Shown: positions 9,960 to 22,379 of the stretch, one piece after another
Layout of the letters: the number at the start of each line of letters is the position of its first letter
Position numbering within the stretch: the stretch's first letter is position 1
Program-made: the position numbers and the translations under genes
Notes under the pieces: model-generated
Database searches by the model: none
Told to the model about the DNA's origin: nothing
Seen by the model: the letters and a program-made list of their open reading frames with translations, nothing else
Source of the DNA: Nemertoderma westbladi
Lineage: Eukaryota > Animalia > Xenacoelomorpha
Direction of reading: 5' to 3'
Length of the DNA: 46,932 nucleotides
NCBI GenBank assembly: GCA_032718475.1
Contig: JAUCBJ010006164.1
Span: forward strand, 1 to 46,932

Positions 9960-12619
9960 ACAGGAATTCTGCTAAGCCCATTTGCACTTAAGACCCTAAA
10001 CAACATCGAATCTCTAAATTCCAGGGTTATGATCGCAACATTTGATGGGAATCCCAAGACAACAGTTATATGTTGCTACAGTCCAACCAATGCATCAGAG
10101 CCAGAACAAGCAGTCAAGTTTTATGAAGAACTGACTGGACTTATTAAGGACATCCCGAAACACAATGTTAAAGTCATTGCTGGTGACCAGAATGCGCAAA
10201 TTGGCCCAGAAGACATCAAGGGTTACACCTATAACACCAGTTCTAACAGAAATGGGTACTTACTCTTAGACCTAATGGAAGAATGTGAATTGATACCAAC
10301 AAACAACACATTCGAAAAGAGTAAGGGGAAGCTATGGACCTTTCAATACCCTAATGGAACCAAAGCACAACTGGATTACATCCTTATAAACAAAAAGTGG
10401 AGAAATAGCATGATCAACTGCGAGGCATACCGCTCGTTCAACCTAATTGGTTCGGACCACAGAATTGTGACTGCAGAGATCAGACTCAGTTTGAGAGCCA
10501 GCAAACCCAGGACAAGCAAGCAAATCAACTATGACTGGGAGAAACTCAGAACTGACAATGCTGTAAAGGATGCTTATACAGTAGAAGTTCAAAACCGCTT
10601 TGAAGCACTTCAGTCAATGGATGAAGACCAATCCACCGATTCAATATACCAGAATATAATAACAGCCCACAAGGAATCAGCTAAGAGGCATATCCCCCAG
10701 AAACCTAAACGAAAACAGTATGTGCCATGGCAAAACTCTGAGGTTACTTGTAAGAGAGAAGATCTTAAGATAGCCTACAAAGTTAAAACCGAACAACCAA
10801 CTACCGAAAACATTAACAAGGTTGAGAAAGCTAAGGACGATCTTAAATTGGCCTACAACATCAGCCAGGAAAAGTACATACAGGATAAACTGAAGCAATT
10901 ACAACTGCTCACATACAGCAACAATCAAGACTTACCTGGCAAACTGTAAATGAGGTATCTGGTCGGAAAAGTTGTGCAAAGGGGCGCCTCAAAGCCGATA
11001 GTCCTGAAGAACGTGTTGGGAAGTGGAAAAATCACTTCAGCAACTTGCTTGGGCAGCCACCAAACATCGAGGTCAGCCCTACAAGGAAAATATATGACAA
11101 GACACTACCTATAGAAACAGGGGACTTCACACCTGCCGAACTCCAAAGAAGCATTAAAAGCATGTCCAATAATAAAGTGAGTGGATTAGATGAAATCCCA
11201 GCGGAGGTATGGAAAACCGGAGTGCTAAATAGACCATTATTGAATGTTTGCAACCGGATGTTAAAAGGGGAAAAGCCACCACCAATTTGGACTAAAGGTC
11301 AACTAAAGCCTCTCCCCAAGAAAGGAGACCTCGGCATACCAACAAACTATCGTGGGATCTGTCTGCTTGTGGTAGCTGCCAAAATATACAATAAAATGAT
11401 TCTATATAGGATTAGGCCTCACATAGAGAAACTATTGCGTAAGAGCCAAAACGGATTTCGACCAAGTAGATCAACAATAGCTCAGATACTTGCACTACGG
11501 AGACTGATTGAAGGAATTAAGTCAAAGAATCTCCCCGCAGTCATGACTTTTGTGGACTTCAAGAAGGCATTCGACTCCATCCATAGAGGTAAAATGCTTG
11601 AAATCCTAAGAGCTTATGGAATACCAGAAGTAATTGTTGCTGGCATTGGATTGCTATATTGTGACACAGAAGCGCAGGTACTCTCACCAGATGGTGAAAC
11701 TGAGTTTTTCTCAATCCTGGCTGGCGTACTGCAAGGTGACACATTAGCACCATTACTATTTGTAATTGTGCTGGATTACGCAATGAGGACGGCCACAAAG
11801 GGTGAAGATCTGGGATTCACACTTCAAGAACGCAGAAGTAGTAGATATCCGGCAACTATAGTCACAGACACCGACTTTGCGGATGACATCGCCCTGCTCT
11901 CTAATACGCTAGCAGATGCACAGCTTTTACTAAATAAAGTGGAGAGGGCTGCTAAGGAGGTTGGATTGCATATAAATGCTACCAAGACCGAATTCATGAC
12001 CTTTAATGTTGATGGAAACTTGACAACCATTGATAATAATCAACTAAGGCAGGTCGGTGACTTCCAGTACCTTGGATCATGGATAGAGAGTAGCAAAAAG
12101 GACATAGAAGTTAGGAAAGCAAAGGCTTGGGTAGCTCTATCAAAAATGGATACCATCTGGAAATCAGATCTCTCCAGGCACCTGAAGACCAAGTTCTTTC
12201 GAGCCACAGTGGAAAGTGTATTTTTATACGGGGGTGAGACCTGGACACTGACTAAATCACTTGAACAACGAATTGATGGTTGCTACACAAGACTACTAAG
12301 GGCAGCCCTAAACATCAGCTGGAGACAACACATGACAAACGTTGAGCTTTATGGTACAATACCACCTGTATCAACCACCCTCCGTGAACGCAGATTAAGA
12401 TTCAGTGGGCACTGCTGGCGAAGTAAAGACGAGGTCATACCAGATCTACTTCTCTGGCAACCAACTCATGGAAAGCGTAGTCGTGGACGACCTGCCATAA
12501 TATATATAGATCAACTTGAAAGGGATACTAAACTTGTGAGAAACGAAATTGCGACAACTATGGAGAATCGGGAAGCCTGGAAGGATCTCATTTCCACTGT
12601 CCGAGTTCGCTCGACCTAG
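9960..12619 (+). pseudogene. RTE endonuclease-reverse transcriptase polyprotein with one frameshift
   Basis: APE motifs CYSPT, GDQNA, LDYIL, SDH; RT motifs NYRGI, QNGFR, DFKKAFDS, GVLQGD, FADD, YLGS, RGRP. One extra A in the run at 10887-10889 would fuse ORFs 9945-10949 and 11045-12619 (KTEAITTAHIQQQSRLTWQTVNEVSGRK...WKNHFSNLLG). Confidence 0.92.
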
Positions 12620-12626
12620 TGTAGTG
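9960..12626 (+). mobile_element. RTE-clade LINE, 5'-truncated, APE + RT
   Basis: 14-bp TSD TGTACAGTAGCATT at 9946-9959 and 12627-12640; TAGTG TAGTG tail overlapping the stop codon; APE and RT motifs. Confidence 0.95.
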
Positions 12627-12840
12627 TGTACAGTAGCATTGTTATATTATAGGAAAAAAATAATCTTAATTTTGAGACATTTAAAACGCAACTAAATTTT
12701 AAATGTATAAAATGACCATATTACATTCAATTCATATCACCATTGAGTTACTCAAATAGCGCAAGATTGTAAAAATCTTACCATAATTTCATTGTTTAAC
12801 ATTGGTAATTGATATATTAATATAATCCGGATCAAAGACA

Positions 12841-14349
12841 ATGTCGAATATTGCAGATACTGTTAGCAATGTAAGAGCTTCTTTTAATTCAGGAAAATCC
12901 AAATCTGTGAGTTTCCGAGTAAAGCAATTGAGTAATCTCATGAGATTACTTAATGAAAAAGAAGAAGAAATATCAGACGCATTGTTTCGAGATCTGCGAA
13001 AACCAAAAAGTGAAGCACTTCTCACTGAGATAAATATTGTCAAAGGTGATTGCCAGATCGCCCTCAATAAAATATATGGATGGGTTAAACCAGTTCATGT
13101 CGAAAAAGATCTCGCAAATCTTCTAGAAACAGCATATATACATCACGATCCTTATGGGGTTGTTCTAATTATTAGTCCATGGAACTACCCATTTATGTTG
13201 GCGTTGGCTCCTCTTGTAGGCTGCATAGCTGCTGGCAACTGCGCCATTATAAAACCATCAGAATTATCTCCACACATACATCTCAACTTCTAATGGAGAT
13301 TGTCGCACAGTACTTGGATTCTACCTGTTTCAAGGTCATATTGGGAGGCATCCCTGAGACCACAGAGCTTTTGGCATCAAAGACTGATTACATTTTTTAC
13401 ACTGGGAACACCCAAGTCGGTCGCATCATTCTGAGAGCTGCTGCAGAGAATCTCACTCCATGTACCTTAGAATGTGGAGGTAAATGTCCAGTTTATGTGG
13501 ATGAAGATTGCAATCTTAAGCTTGCAGCTGCTCGCATCGCATGGGGTAAGTGGTTGAACACAGGCCAGACATGCATCTCCCCTGATTACATGCTGTGCCA
13601 CAGCAAAGTACGAAACGCTCTTGTAGATGAAATAATTCATGTGATAGGGCAGTTTTATGGTAAAGACCCACAGTTTTCTAAAGATCTTGGTCGTATTATA
13701 AATGAACGACATTTTCATAGAATCAAGGGAATTATAGATAAGGATAAGGATCTAATCCAATTCGGAGGCACAACTGATCTAAAGGATCTTTACATTGGCC
13801 CCACAATACTAACCGGAGTTGATGCTGATAGGTGCGCTAGCATGAAAGATGAAATATTCGGACCAATTCTTCCAATAATGGATGTATCTGGAAAAGAAGA
13901 AGCTGTTCGATTCATAAATTCGAGAGAAAAACCACTTGCTTTATATGCATTCAGCGATGACCACGATGTCTCCGACTACATGATAGCTAATACCTCCAGC
14001 GGTTCGTTTTGTTTCAACGATTGTGCAGTTCATATTGCTCTGCTCTCATTACCATTCGGTGGAGTTGGACCATCTGGAATGGGAGCATATCATGAGTACC
14101 ATGGTTTCGAGACATTTTCGCATAAAAAGGCAGTGATGGTAAAGCGACAACTGAAGGCTACCGAATTATTGTTCTGGAAGTTAAGATATCCACCAATGGG
14201 AAAAAAGCAGTTGGCATTATTCTCCTGGACGCTGCTACCTTCAGGACGCAATCCTGTTAGGCGGTTTTTTAACAAACACTTCTAATTTGGCTTCATCTAT
14301 CATGGTAATATGGGTTATGTTTATAGGTGTTGGTTTTATGAAAAAATAA
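12841..14349 (+). pseudogene. ALDH3: Intronless class-3 aldehyde dehydrogenase (fatty aldehyde dehydrogenase-like), two apparent frameshifts
   Basis: Motifs PYGVVLIISPWNYP, IIKPSELS, FYTGN, TLECGGKCP, NTGQTCISPDY (catalytic Cys), EIFGPILP, REKPLALY, PFGGVGPSGMGAYH. An extra CA in CCACACAT (~13270-13277) splits the ORF. Removing one T from the T6 run at 14265-14270 gives the hydrophobic tail LASSIMVIWVMFIGVGFMKK* ending at 14349. May be an intact gene with sequence errors. Confidence 0.9.
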
Positions 14350-14637
14350 TAACTGTATAACTGCAATACTTGGAATTGAAATTGTCAATCTGAAATTTAA
14401 TCAACAATTTATATAGCTGATAACTATGATGACTACAATGAACAGTTCAGATTCTGATATCATTATGTGATAACAATGGTTTCAGTAACTTTATAATATG
14501 ATTCTGCCACATTCAATGAAATCAATGCCTACAGCCATTTAATTCAATGCTTCTGTATGCCTTAGAATAACGCAATGCCAACAGTCGGGGCCAGCCACTT
14601 TGTTCAATAAACGTTGTTACTAGTACTCTGTTCAATT

Positions 14638-15844
14638 CAGACTGCTTACATGACAATAATTTTTTCAAAACTGCACTCATTCCATGCTGCATTCTTTTGA
14701 ATTCTGTGTGTTCAGATTGAATTCATTCTAAATTGCTTTAGCGATTTCATATTGATCATATTGGTTTGGGTGTTCATTTTTGCCGGACAAAACAATTATA
14801 TTATGTTGTCATCTATTTGCCAGATAGCAAACAAATCTTATCGCATGTACTAGAATATTGAAATTTATTGAATTTAATTATAATTTTTGAATCTCCTGTT
14901 TGAGAACAAAGATCCAATATGCGTACCAACCATGTGAAATTTATTGATCTATTATCTTTATGTACCAAACATTATCGTCTTTGTTAAATGAATGGTGATG
15001 GTAGTTAAACAAGATAGAGAATTATATTTATTTGAGAAGTTGATTGCCATAAATTTCAATATATTTTATCCTCAAACGACGAACAAGTAATACACGTTCG
15101 TGGGGTCTTCCCGCAGCACGAAGTGAGCAAATCCTTTAGCATATGAGTACCATTAACGAGTTGTCTGCCGTTAGTCACAAGTCTTCAACACAATATTCGT
15201 CATCTTCTTGTGCCTCGTTGCGTTCGTTCGTTTTTGACAAAACTTCAGATTCTTTCTAAACTTTTGACGGACTACATACATACCAAGTGTCATTTAATTT
15301 CATCAAGGAATAACCGAGTTATTAGCGATCAAAATTTACAGCCGACGACGACGAGGGATGACTTTATAGCAGATTTTAAGGAATCTGGAATATACAGTAG
15401 CTATTACTGGAAAACTGCGATATTAGGTAATGAACTTCAACATATGTTGTTTTAATTAATGCGAATGAGTTTGATCGTTTGTTTATTATGTACTTGAGTG
15501 GAGAATAAGTAAAAGGAGTTATGCCGTCCGCTAGTTTCGATCCGATAGTAGAGAAATGCTTGTTTAGTAAGTTGGCAATACTGGCTGGCTCAGCCAAGTC
15601 TTGAGGATGTTAGCAGCATTAGCGTTGAATTGTGTTGAGTAATAGTTTTTTTCAGCGTTCCTTAAAATTGTTGTTAATTTGTTTCTATATTATTTAAATG
15701 TAGCATGACTTCAATAAACATTTTCCAGTTCAAGTCCACCACCCATCTTGGATGCAATTTCTCAGCCCACCACTTGTATACATTGCCCCCTCTGAAACAC
15801 AACACTATCACAGTTTAAGATTAGCCGTGTACCGGTATGAATAT
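14638..15844 (+). repeat. Arm 1 of an inverted duplication (ALDH3 3' flank)
   Basis: 14638-15050 plus 15720-15844 match the reverse complement of 46406-46932; about 670 bp (15051-15719) is extra in this arm. Confidence 0.9.
15395..15700 (-). mobile_element. CR1/L2-group LINE fragment (endonuclease-RT linker)
   Basis: Minus-strand peptides YRNKLTTILRNAEKNYYSTQF and IANLLNKHFSTIGSKLA are typical of this linker region. Confidence 0.6.
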
Positions 15845-15871
15845 TTTTTTAAAAGTTTATTTAGACTCTGT

Positions 15872-16030
15872 ATGAGTAAGTAAGCAAGCAAAGTAAACAG
15901 ACGGCCGATGTCGGAGGCGACCCGAAGGCTCCTCTTTCGATAGCTCCTACCCGAAGGTAAGGGTGGGGGCTACTCCTATCCCAAGATTTGCTCCCAGTTA
16001 TTTAACTGGTACTCATTTTATTTAATGCGA
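15872..16030 (-). mobile_element. SINE/RTE-related 3' end fragment
   Basis: (GTAA)n/(GCAA)n tail on plus, followed by GGCGACCCGAAGGCTCC...GCTACTCCT and ACTGGTACTCATTTTA. It resembles invertebrate SINE 3' and central domains as recalled, not verified. Confidence 0.4.
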
Positions 16031-16399
16031 TCAACCAACCTGAGCTACCCCGCCTGTATGAGTAAAAGGGCTTATAAAGCAGTAAAATCATGAATGTACA
16101 AACAATATAGCAATAATTCGATGAACAATCGATAACAATGAACAATAAATTCTCTCTTATGTTATAATGGAGAGCGCTGACAGTGAGGGGTCTGAAGGCT
16201 GATATTGAGTTACATTTGAGGCAATGGTACGTGTTGCTTGCTGTGGTGTAGCAGAATTTACAGACGCAGTCGGAAGTCGGTTCGTGGAAGGTTCCTCGCG
16301 TTTTACACAGTTTCAATGGAAGGGCCATAGCCCTTGTAGCTAAACGGCGAGTATAAATATAGGATTATAAAATAGAAATTAAATGGTACTATCCAAAGA

Positions 16400-16745
16400 A
16401 AAGCTGAGGAGCCGTTGGGCTCCCTCGAGTGATTCTGAGATTACTCCTAAGTCATCAGCAAAGTCTAGATCAGTTAGGTACTTGGCAGGATTTCCTCGAC
16501 TCCTGGAGCCAATAGGTGGAGTTATTTATCATCACCCCATCATCATTATTTGATGATGGTTTCATTATTTCATCATTGATATAGGTACATGCGTAGAACA
16601 TAGTCAACCACAATTATGAACAAGAATGGCGCAAGTATATAACCCTGGAGGACTCCCCATAAGAATTCGAATGGTTCTGTGTCACCGTCAACAGTAGACA
16701 CAAATGTCTGTACATGTCTACTATGATGGGATAAATGAGCTTCCA
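16400..16745 (-). mobile_element. Degenerate RTE RT fragment
   Basis: Minus-strand GVLQGYILAPFLFIIVVDYVLR and PAKYLTDLDFADDL. Confidence 0.8.
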
Positions 16746-17429
16746 ACACTCGTGTAGATTAACAGAGTACTGCCTGTTCAGGGACCTAGATGCAGCCTTA
16801 ACTGAATTCTTGGTTGCTGTAGTCTGTTTGAGTCGGGACTCTTTCTGCGCCTTATAGAGGTCATTTCGGCACTTCCGAATTTTGTGGTCAGTCCAGGGGG
16901 CCTTTTTTCTGTTCGAGAGTATACAGGAGGAACTGTTTCTGCATCTGCTAACAAGGACAATTTGAAATTAAACCAAATCTGTTATTGTTAATCATTTAAT
17001 CTACTATGGTCGTCGTTTTGGTGAGTTCGACTTGTGTGTCTACAAAGGTTCTGCTTTGTCGATAAAACTGCTTTGTTGCTTGACCAGATGTGCCGCTACT
17101 CCGATCATGCAGCTCTCTCGGTTGTTGTCTCTACCAGTTGCTCTACCCCTATTAGTATTTCTGATCTGTTGGAAAGATCTTCATTGTTGGGTGATCTTAG
17201 TCATTACTATGTGCATGCTGACCATGAAACTCAATGCGATCATCGGGGTCTACCACATGAGGTTGTCAACTGCAATCAATTCACATAGAGGCTGTCGTTG
17301 ATTACTCCACCAACATTGATTTACTATTCAAATGGCGACCTCAATTTGTTAAACTCACAGCTGGCCAACCTGTCCGCTCTTATAAATAATAATAGCAAAT
17401 GCGTGCAGGGTACAGCCACCGAAAACCAA

Positions 17430-18390
17430 TGTGAAGTCTACAGATGCAAGGCCACATAGATGGGAAAAGCTCCTCAATTCGGGTGACGGGGAAAGCGGAG
17501 CTCTGCCATGGCGACAGCGATGAATACAAGAGCACACCTAGCGATCAACAGTTTAAATCACATTTTGAATCGCTGTTAAATCCGCCGGACGCACATGATA
17601 TTGATGTGGACACCGAATCGGCTCCATATATCCCCCTGCGAGACAACAACAACTTCACAGAAGAGGTACTCGCAGATGCTATGGAATTAATTATTTATTA
17701 ATTTAATAAAATTGGCATTATTAAATAAAAGTTACGGGTAATTGGCTTATGTTCTTTCTATCACTGTTTAACTGTTTAATGTTGTATTGGGTTATGGTTT
17801 ACTACCAAATTCGTGGGTTCTTAAGCACATTGGTAGTAAAAGTGGGGTTAGAAAAGTTTGTGGCAACTACCGGGGAATCTCAATAGCGACAACTTTAAAT
17901 AAATATTCGATCCTACAGGATGTTAAATGCAAGTCTAATTAAATGGTACAAAATTAATAAATGTCAAGTGGGTGTACACTTTACAGGGAGGGCGTGGGTA
18001 GAACACATAATTACTATACATTTAATAATAGACTGTAATTTTTGAAAAGGCTCGTTTATTTGTACTGTTTGTGGACCGGGTCCCTAGGGATCTTTTATTG
18101 CTTAGGTTAAAATCTGGGTCGCGGTAAATTAATGCTATGTGCCACCAAACTACTATATATTCCTCCACTAGGAATATTTTGAAAACAGATGCTATTATTT
18201 CAACTATAATAGGTGTCCTACTATCATATAGGTATTCAACTATCAGGGTGCACTGACAATTATTTTTCTTTTCTGTTTATACATAGACTCATTGGTGCAT
18301 TTAATATATAGCGCTGTAACATCAGATGGGTTTTTAGAACTTATTCATCTCCTACTTCTAAAGGATGACACTGTCATTCGTATGGGTAAC
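17430..18390 (+). mobile_element. Highly degenerate LINE RT remnant
   Basis: FKSHFESLLNP (~17550), GNYRGISI (~17862) and a QG-like segment (~18243), with many stops and indels. Confidence 0.55.
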
Positions 18391-18958
18391 AAAATGTTCT
18401 AGAATATGTTGGATTTATTAAATAGAATAAAAAATCTCGCACAGGTGGAAAACCATGGAACTTTCGAAAGCCCATATCTCAGCAATTTTACGACGAAATT
18501 CAGATTGTGATGCATATTTGCATATTTGGTTATAGACTAGCAGTTAGGCCCTGCAGATCCCCATGTAAAATAAACAAAGAAAATAATCAATAGTCAATCA
18601 AACTCAATAAAAGACGGTTGAACCGAGCCCGAATTTCACGTCAGGAGGTACTTTTTTTTTTAATAAATGTCCTTATAATGGTGGCACTCATATCGACTTC
18701 AATGAAGTTTCATTGGTTTGGGTGGAATACTGTTAATTTGAAGTGTTCATTTAGTTGATAATCATGGCAATGGGTTTATATTCAGTATAATTTCTCAAGA
18801 ATTACACAATTGATATAAAATGTATTATAATTTACTTAGGTTATTTATTATTTTATTAAAGTTGCGAGTTTAATATTTCAGACGTGACTTTATAATTTAA
18901 GCTTTTGTTCTTTTGTGCTTTTCTGTACACTATACTATATTAGCATAGAAGTCTTATA

Positions 18959-20025
18959 TTGGTTCACGGTCCTTGACATAAGTGACCATTATTACCGTAA
19001 TGTGTGTGTGTGTGTGTGTTAGTGTGTGTGTGTGTGTGTGTGTGTGTCCAGAGCGATATCTCAGTTATTTATTAATCAATCGAAACAAAATTTGGACAAA
19101 AGTTAGATATAGGGATGGCGAAGGCTCATACAAAAAATTGGGTGTTGAGATGGTATTTGTGCGATGTGAGCGCTATATTTGCGTGTTTTCGCATGGTTTA
19201 GGAAAAAGCTATCTTGTCATAGGGAACGCAATGAATGATTCTGATATTTGGCATGGAGGTACCTGAATTATTTCTAAATCGATTAACGGAGGCCGATTTT
19301 TAAATTTGGAACTATATTATGACCTAATTGAAGATTTAATTAAGGTAATTAATTAGCACTGCTAGTACTGTCTGATTGTCTGCCTGTAGTAGGCATACCG
19401 GACCGGTACTACCTGACCACTGTAGGCCTATCTGCCTATCTTCATACTGTCATAGGTCAGTACAGCAGTAGGTCCTAGCCTAGCCCTAGCAGTAAATATA
19501 ATATTTCGCCATGTTCGCAGGCGACTTCGCACTGACTACCGGTAGGCCTATGCAGCTATGCTATGAGATTAACCGTCCAGTCGTTCAGATGCATATGGTA
19601 CCGGTACCGGAACGGGTTACGGTTTAATCCTGCATTTGTCAATTACGACAATAGCCTACCGACCGGTACGACTTTGAGTACCGCTGTACCGGTACGCGGT
19701 AGCCTACCGTTACCGGTTGACCGGTAGGCATAGGCGGTAGACCTATGGTGCGATGGTAGCCAGCCGGTAGGTGGTAGGCTTACCGTACCGGTATAAATGT
19801 TGGCGGATGGCGGGATGACGTCGTGTGGCGCCTAATTACTTACCGGTTGCCGGTAGACGCCTACCCAACTCGTAACTGGTGGTTGTGGTCGTGGTGGGAT
19901 GAGCATGAGGTCGCCTACGATGGGAACAAGTGAAAAGGAAACATAGGCCTACCCGAACGAAAACGTATTATTATTGTACTGATTAAGTAGGAGGACCGTG
20001 AACCCTCCAGGCTTGCCAGCTTGTT
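18959..20025 (+). mobile_element. Helentron-associated non-autonomous element (HINE/DINE-1/pearl-like)
   Basis: 13-bp subterminal IR GGTTCACGGTCCT (18961-18973) / AGGACCGTGAACC (19992-20004); partial 5' inverted repeat; (GT)n microsatellite ~19001-19047; short GC-rich 3' segment ending CTTGTT; TT at the left boundary. Confidence 0.7.
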
Positions 20026-20493
20026 ACATTTAATCTCGTCATCAAATTACGAAGCATAATTATAATAATTTAAATAATGTTGATATTTTCTATATACTCA
20101 TCATTTTGGCTTTCGGCAAAACAAGTGCAAATTCCACAATATCCTGTCAATGAGAGACAATATCTTGAAGAACTCAAAATCGTCTTTAAATCCCCAAAAC
20201 AAGAACAATATATTACCTCTTATAATAGTTACCGCTGGAAGGGCAAGTCATCATCATTGCAAGACACCATAATACAATTGATTGTTGCATAGCTACATTG
20301 TTATACAAAGCGATTTCATTCTAACAGAGCCGCGATTCAAACATATGCTGCAAATCCATATTAGGAGAAAAATGCCTTAACTTGAAGCGACAACATAATC
20401 GCCTTCGATTATTCCTCAACTGTTTTAAGTTTAACTGAGTATTCCAACGATGTTTTAATTGTTTTTATACAACAGCATAATTTTGTGATAATT

Positions 20494-21286
20494 TTTAATG
20501 CTCATATAAGTGTTGTTATATTAATGCTCAATGCTCATATAAGTGTTGTCATTTTAATGCTCATTTAAGTGTTGTCATATTAATGCTCAATGCTCATATA
20601 AATATTGTCATTTTAATGCTCATATAAGTGTTGACATTTTAATGGTCATATAAGTGTTGTCATTTTAATGCTCATTTAAGTGTTGTCATATTAATGCTCA
20701 ATGCTCATATAAGTGTTGTCACTTTAATGCTCATATAAGTGTTGTCATTTTAATGCTCATTTAAGTGTTGTCATAATAATGCTCAATGCTCATATAAATA
20801 TTGTCATTTTAATGGTCATATAAGTGTTGTCATTTTAATGCTCATTTAAGTGTTGTCATATTAATGCTCAATGCTCATATAAGTGTTGTCACTTTAATGC
20901 TCATATAAGTGTTGTCATTTTAATGCTCATTTAAGTGTTGTCATAATAATGCTCAATGCTCATATAAATATTGTCATTTTAATGGTCATATAAGTGTTGT
21001 CATTTTAATGCTCATTTAAGTGTTGTCATATTAATGCTCAATGCTCATATAAGTGTTGTCATTTTAATGCTCATATAAGTGTTGTCATTTTAATGCTCAT
21101 TTAAGTGTTGTCATATTAATGCTCAATGCTCATATAAATATTGTCATTTTAATGCTCATATAAGTGTTGACATTTTAATGCTCATATAAGTGTTGTCATT
21201 TTAATGCTCATTTAAGTGTTGTCATATTAATGCTCAATGCTCATATAAATATTGTCATTTTAATGCTCATATAAGTGTTGACATTT
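20494..21286. repeat. 26/33-bp minisatellite with higher-order structure
   Basis: Units TTTTAATGCTCATATAAGTGTTGTCA (26 bp) and TATTAATGCTCAATGCTCATATAA(GTG/ATA)TTGTCA (33 bp); diagnostic variants recur at 170-bp spacing (20771, 20941). Confidence 0.95.
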
Positions 21287-21640
21287 CAACATGCATGAGT
21301 CAATTTATATACTACAATAACGTTAAATTTTTACACCGTTTAATAGATTTATCTTTAGATCTGTAGAAAATTCACATTATAATTTGTCTTTCAATCAGTT
21401 TGTTAGTTATATTATATAATAATAAAGTCAAATAATAGACAACAGATTATTATAAATATAACACTGAGATTCAAATAATTGCAAAAACTGTTGTATTCAC
21501 TCCAAACTTTAATAAAGTCGTTACTTTTGCAGAATACTGTAGGCCTATTTTATCTTGATTCAGAATTCTGAATAAAAACTGAAACTTGAACTTTAACTGA
21601 AACCTGAACTTGAAACAGACACACAGGATTCTCTCTGAGA

Positions 21641-21716
21641 ATGTATCACAGGGTAGTGATGACAATTTCAGTGGTTGTGGTATTTGGCCAGCACATTAAT
21701 TTAGGATATACTTCTG
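21641..21716 (+). CDS. ShKT x3 / F-type lectin gene, exon 1 (signal peptide)
   Basis: ATG...MYHRVVMTISVVVVFGQHINLGYTS, then G|GTAAGA donor in phase 1, matching the phase of exon 2 (G+AG = Glu). Confidence 0.72.
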
Positions 21717-22379
21717 GTAAGATCAATATTATATTGTATTAATACACTTAAAATTACTTTATAAAGATAATTACTCTTGGAAAATATTGATGTAAATAAC
21801 CCTATCACTGGGGTGCTTATAGCACTAGATGCAACGGTGGAGGGGATTCGGCTCAGGCCTCGGCTTCGACAGGCTGCGACGGGCTTCGGCTGTAGTAGGT
21901 TATATAACAATGGAAACCGACTTTTAAACTTAAAACATGAAAATTTAATATTTTCAATTTTCGGAAATTTCATGATGAGGACACCCCAGTTGACACACCG
22001 GAATTAAGGGGGGTGGCCCCTCAAAATTAAGAACATAATCTCAATTTGAAGTGTGCCATGCCCTAATTTTACTGTTCCAAAAATGACGTACCACAACACT
22101 TACATACTTGGATAGAAAGTCCGATAGCAATCACAATTAATAATAAAGTCCAAAACTTATTAGTGACAAACTCATGAATGACCATAGAAATTTCGAAAAT
22201 TTCAAAATAAATTGTGCTTGTAATCAAATATTTTGAGGTTGCGCCCACATCGAAAAGTACAAATCTAATAAACCGATTTTTGCAAAATATGCTCCTTAAA
22301 TTTGGCTAATTCAAATTGGGCAGATACGTAATGTAGTAGCGTAGATTTACAGCAATTCACTTCATGTCGTATTGGATCC

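Noticed and set aside
13179-13293. Programmed frameshift or two-gene ALDH arrangement
   Set aside because: A 2-bp CA slippage explains it; no slippery heptamer or stimulatory structure was seen.
20077-20292. 71-aa ORF as alternative first exon of the lectin gene
   Set aside because: Poor signal peptide and no evident compatible donor; 21641-21716 fits better.
20494-21286. Regular short repeats resembling a CRISPR array (also 3161-3358, 6655-6870, 28597-28991, 38793-39055)
   Set aside because: Units are contiguous with no unique spacers, there are no cas genes, and the context is eukaryotic.
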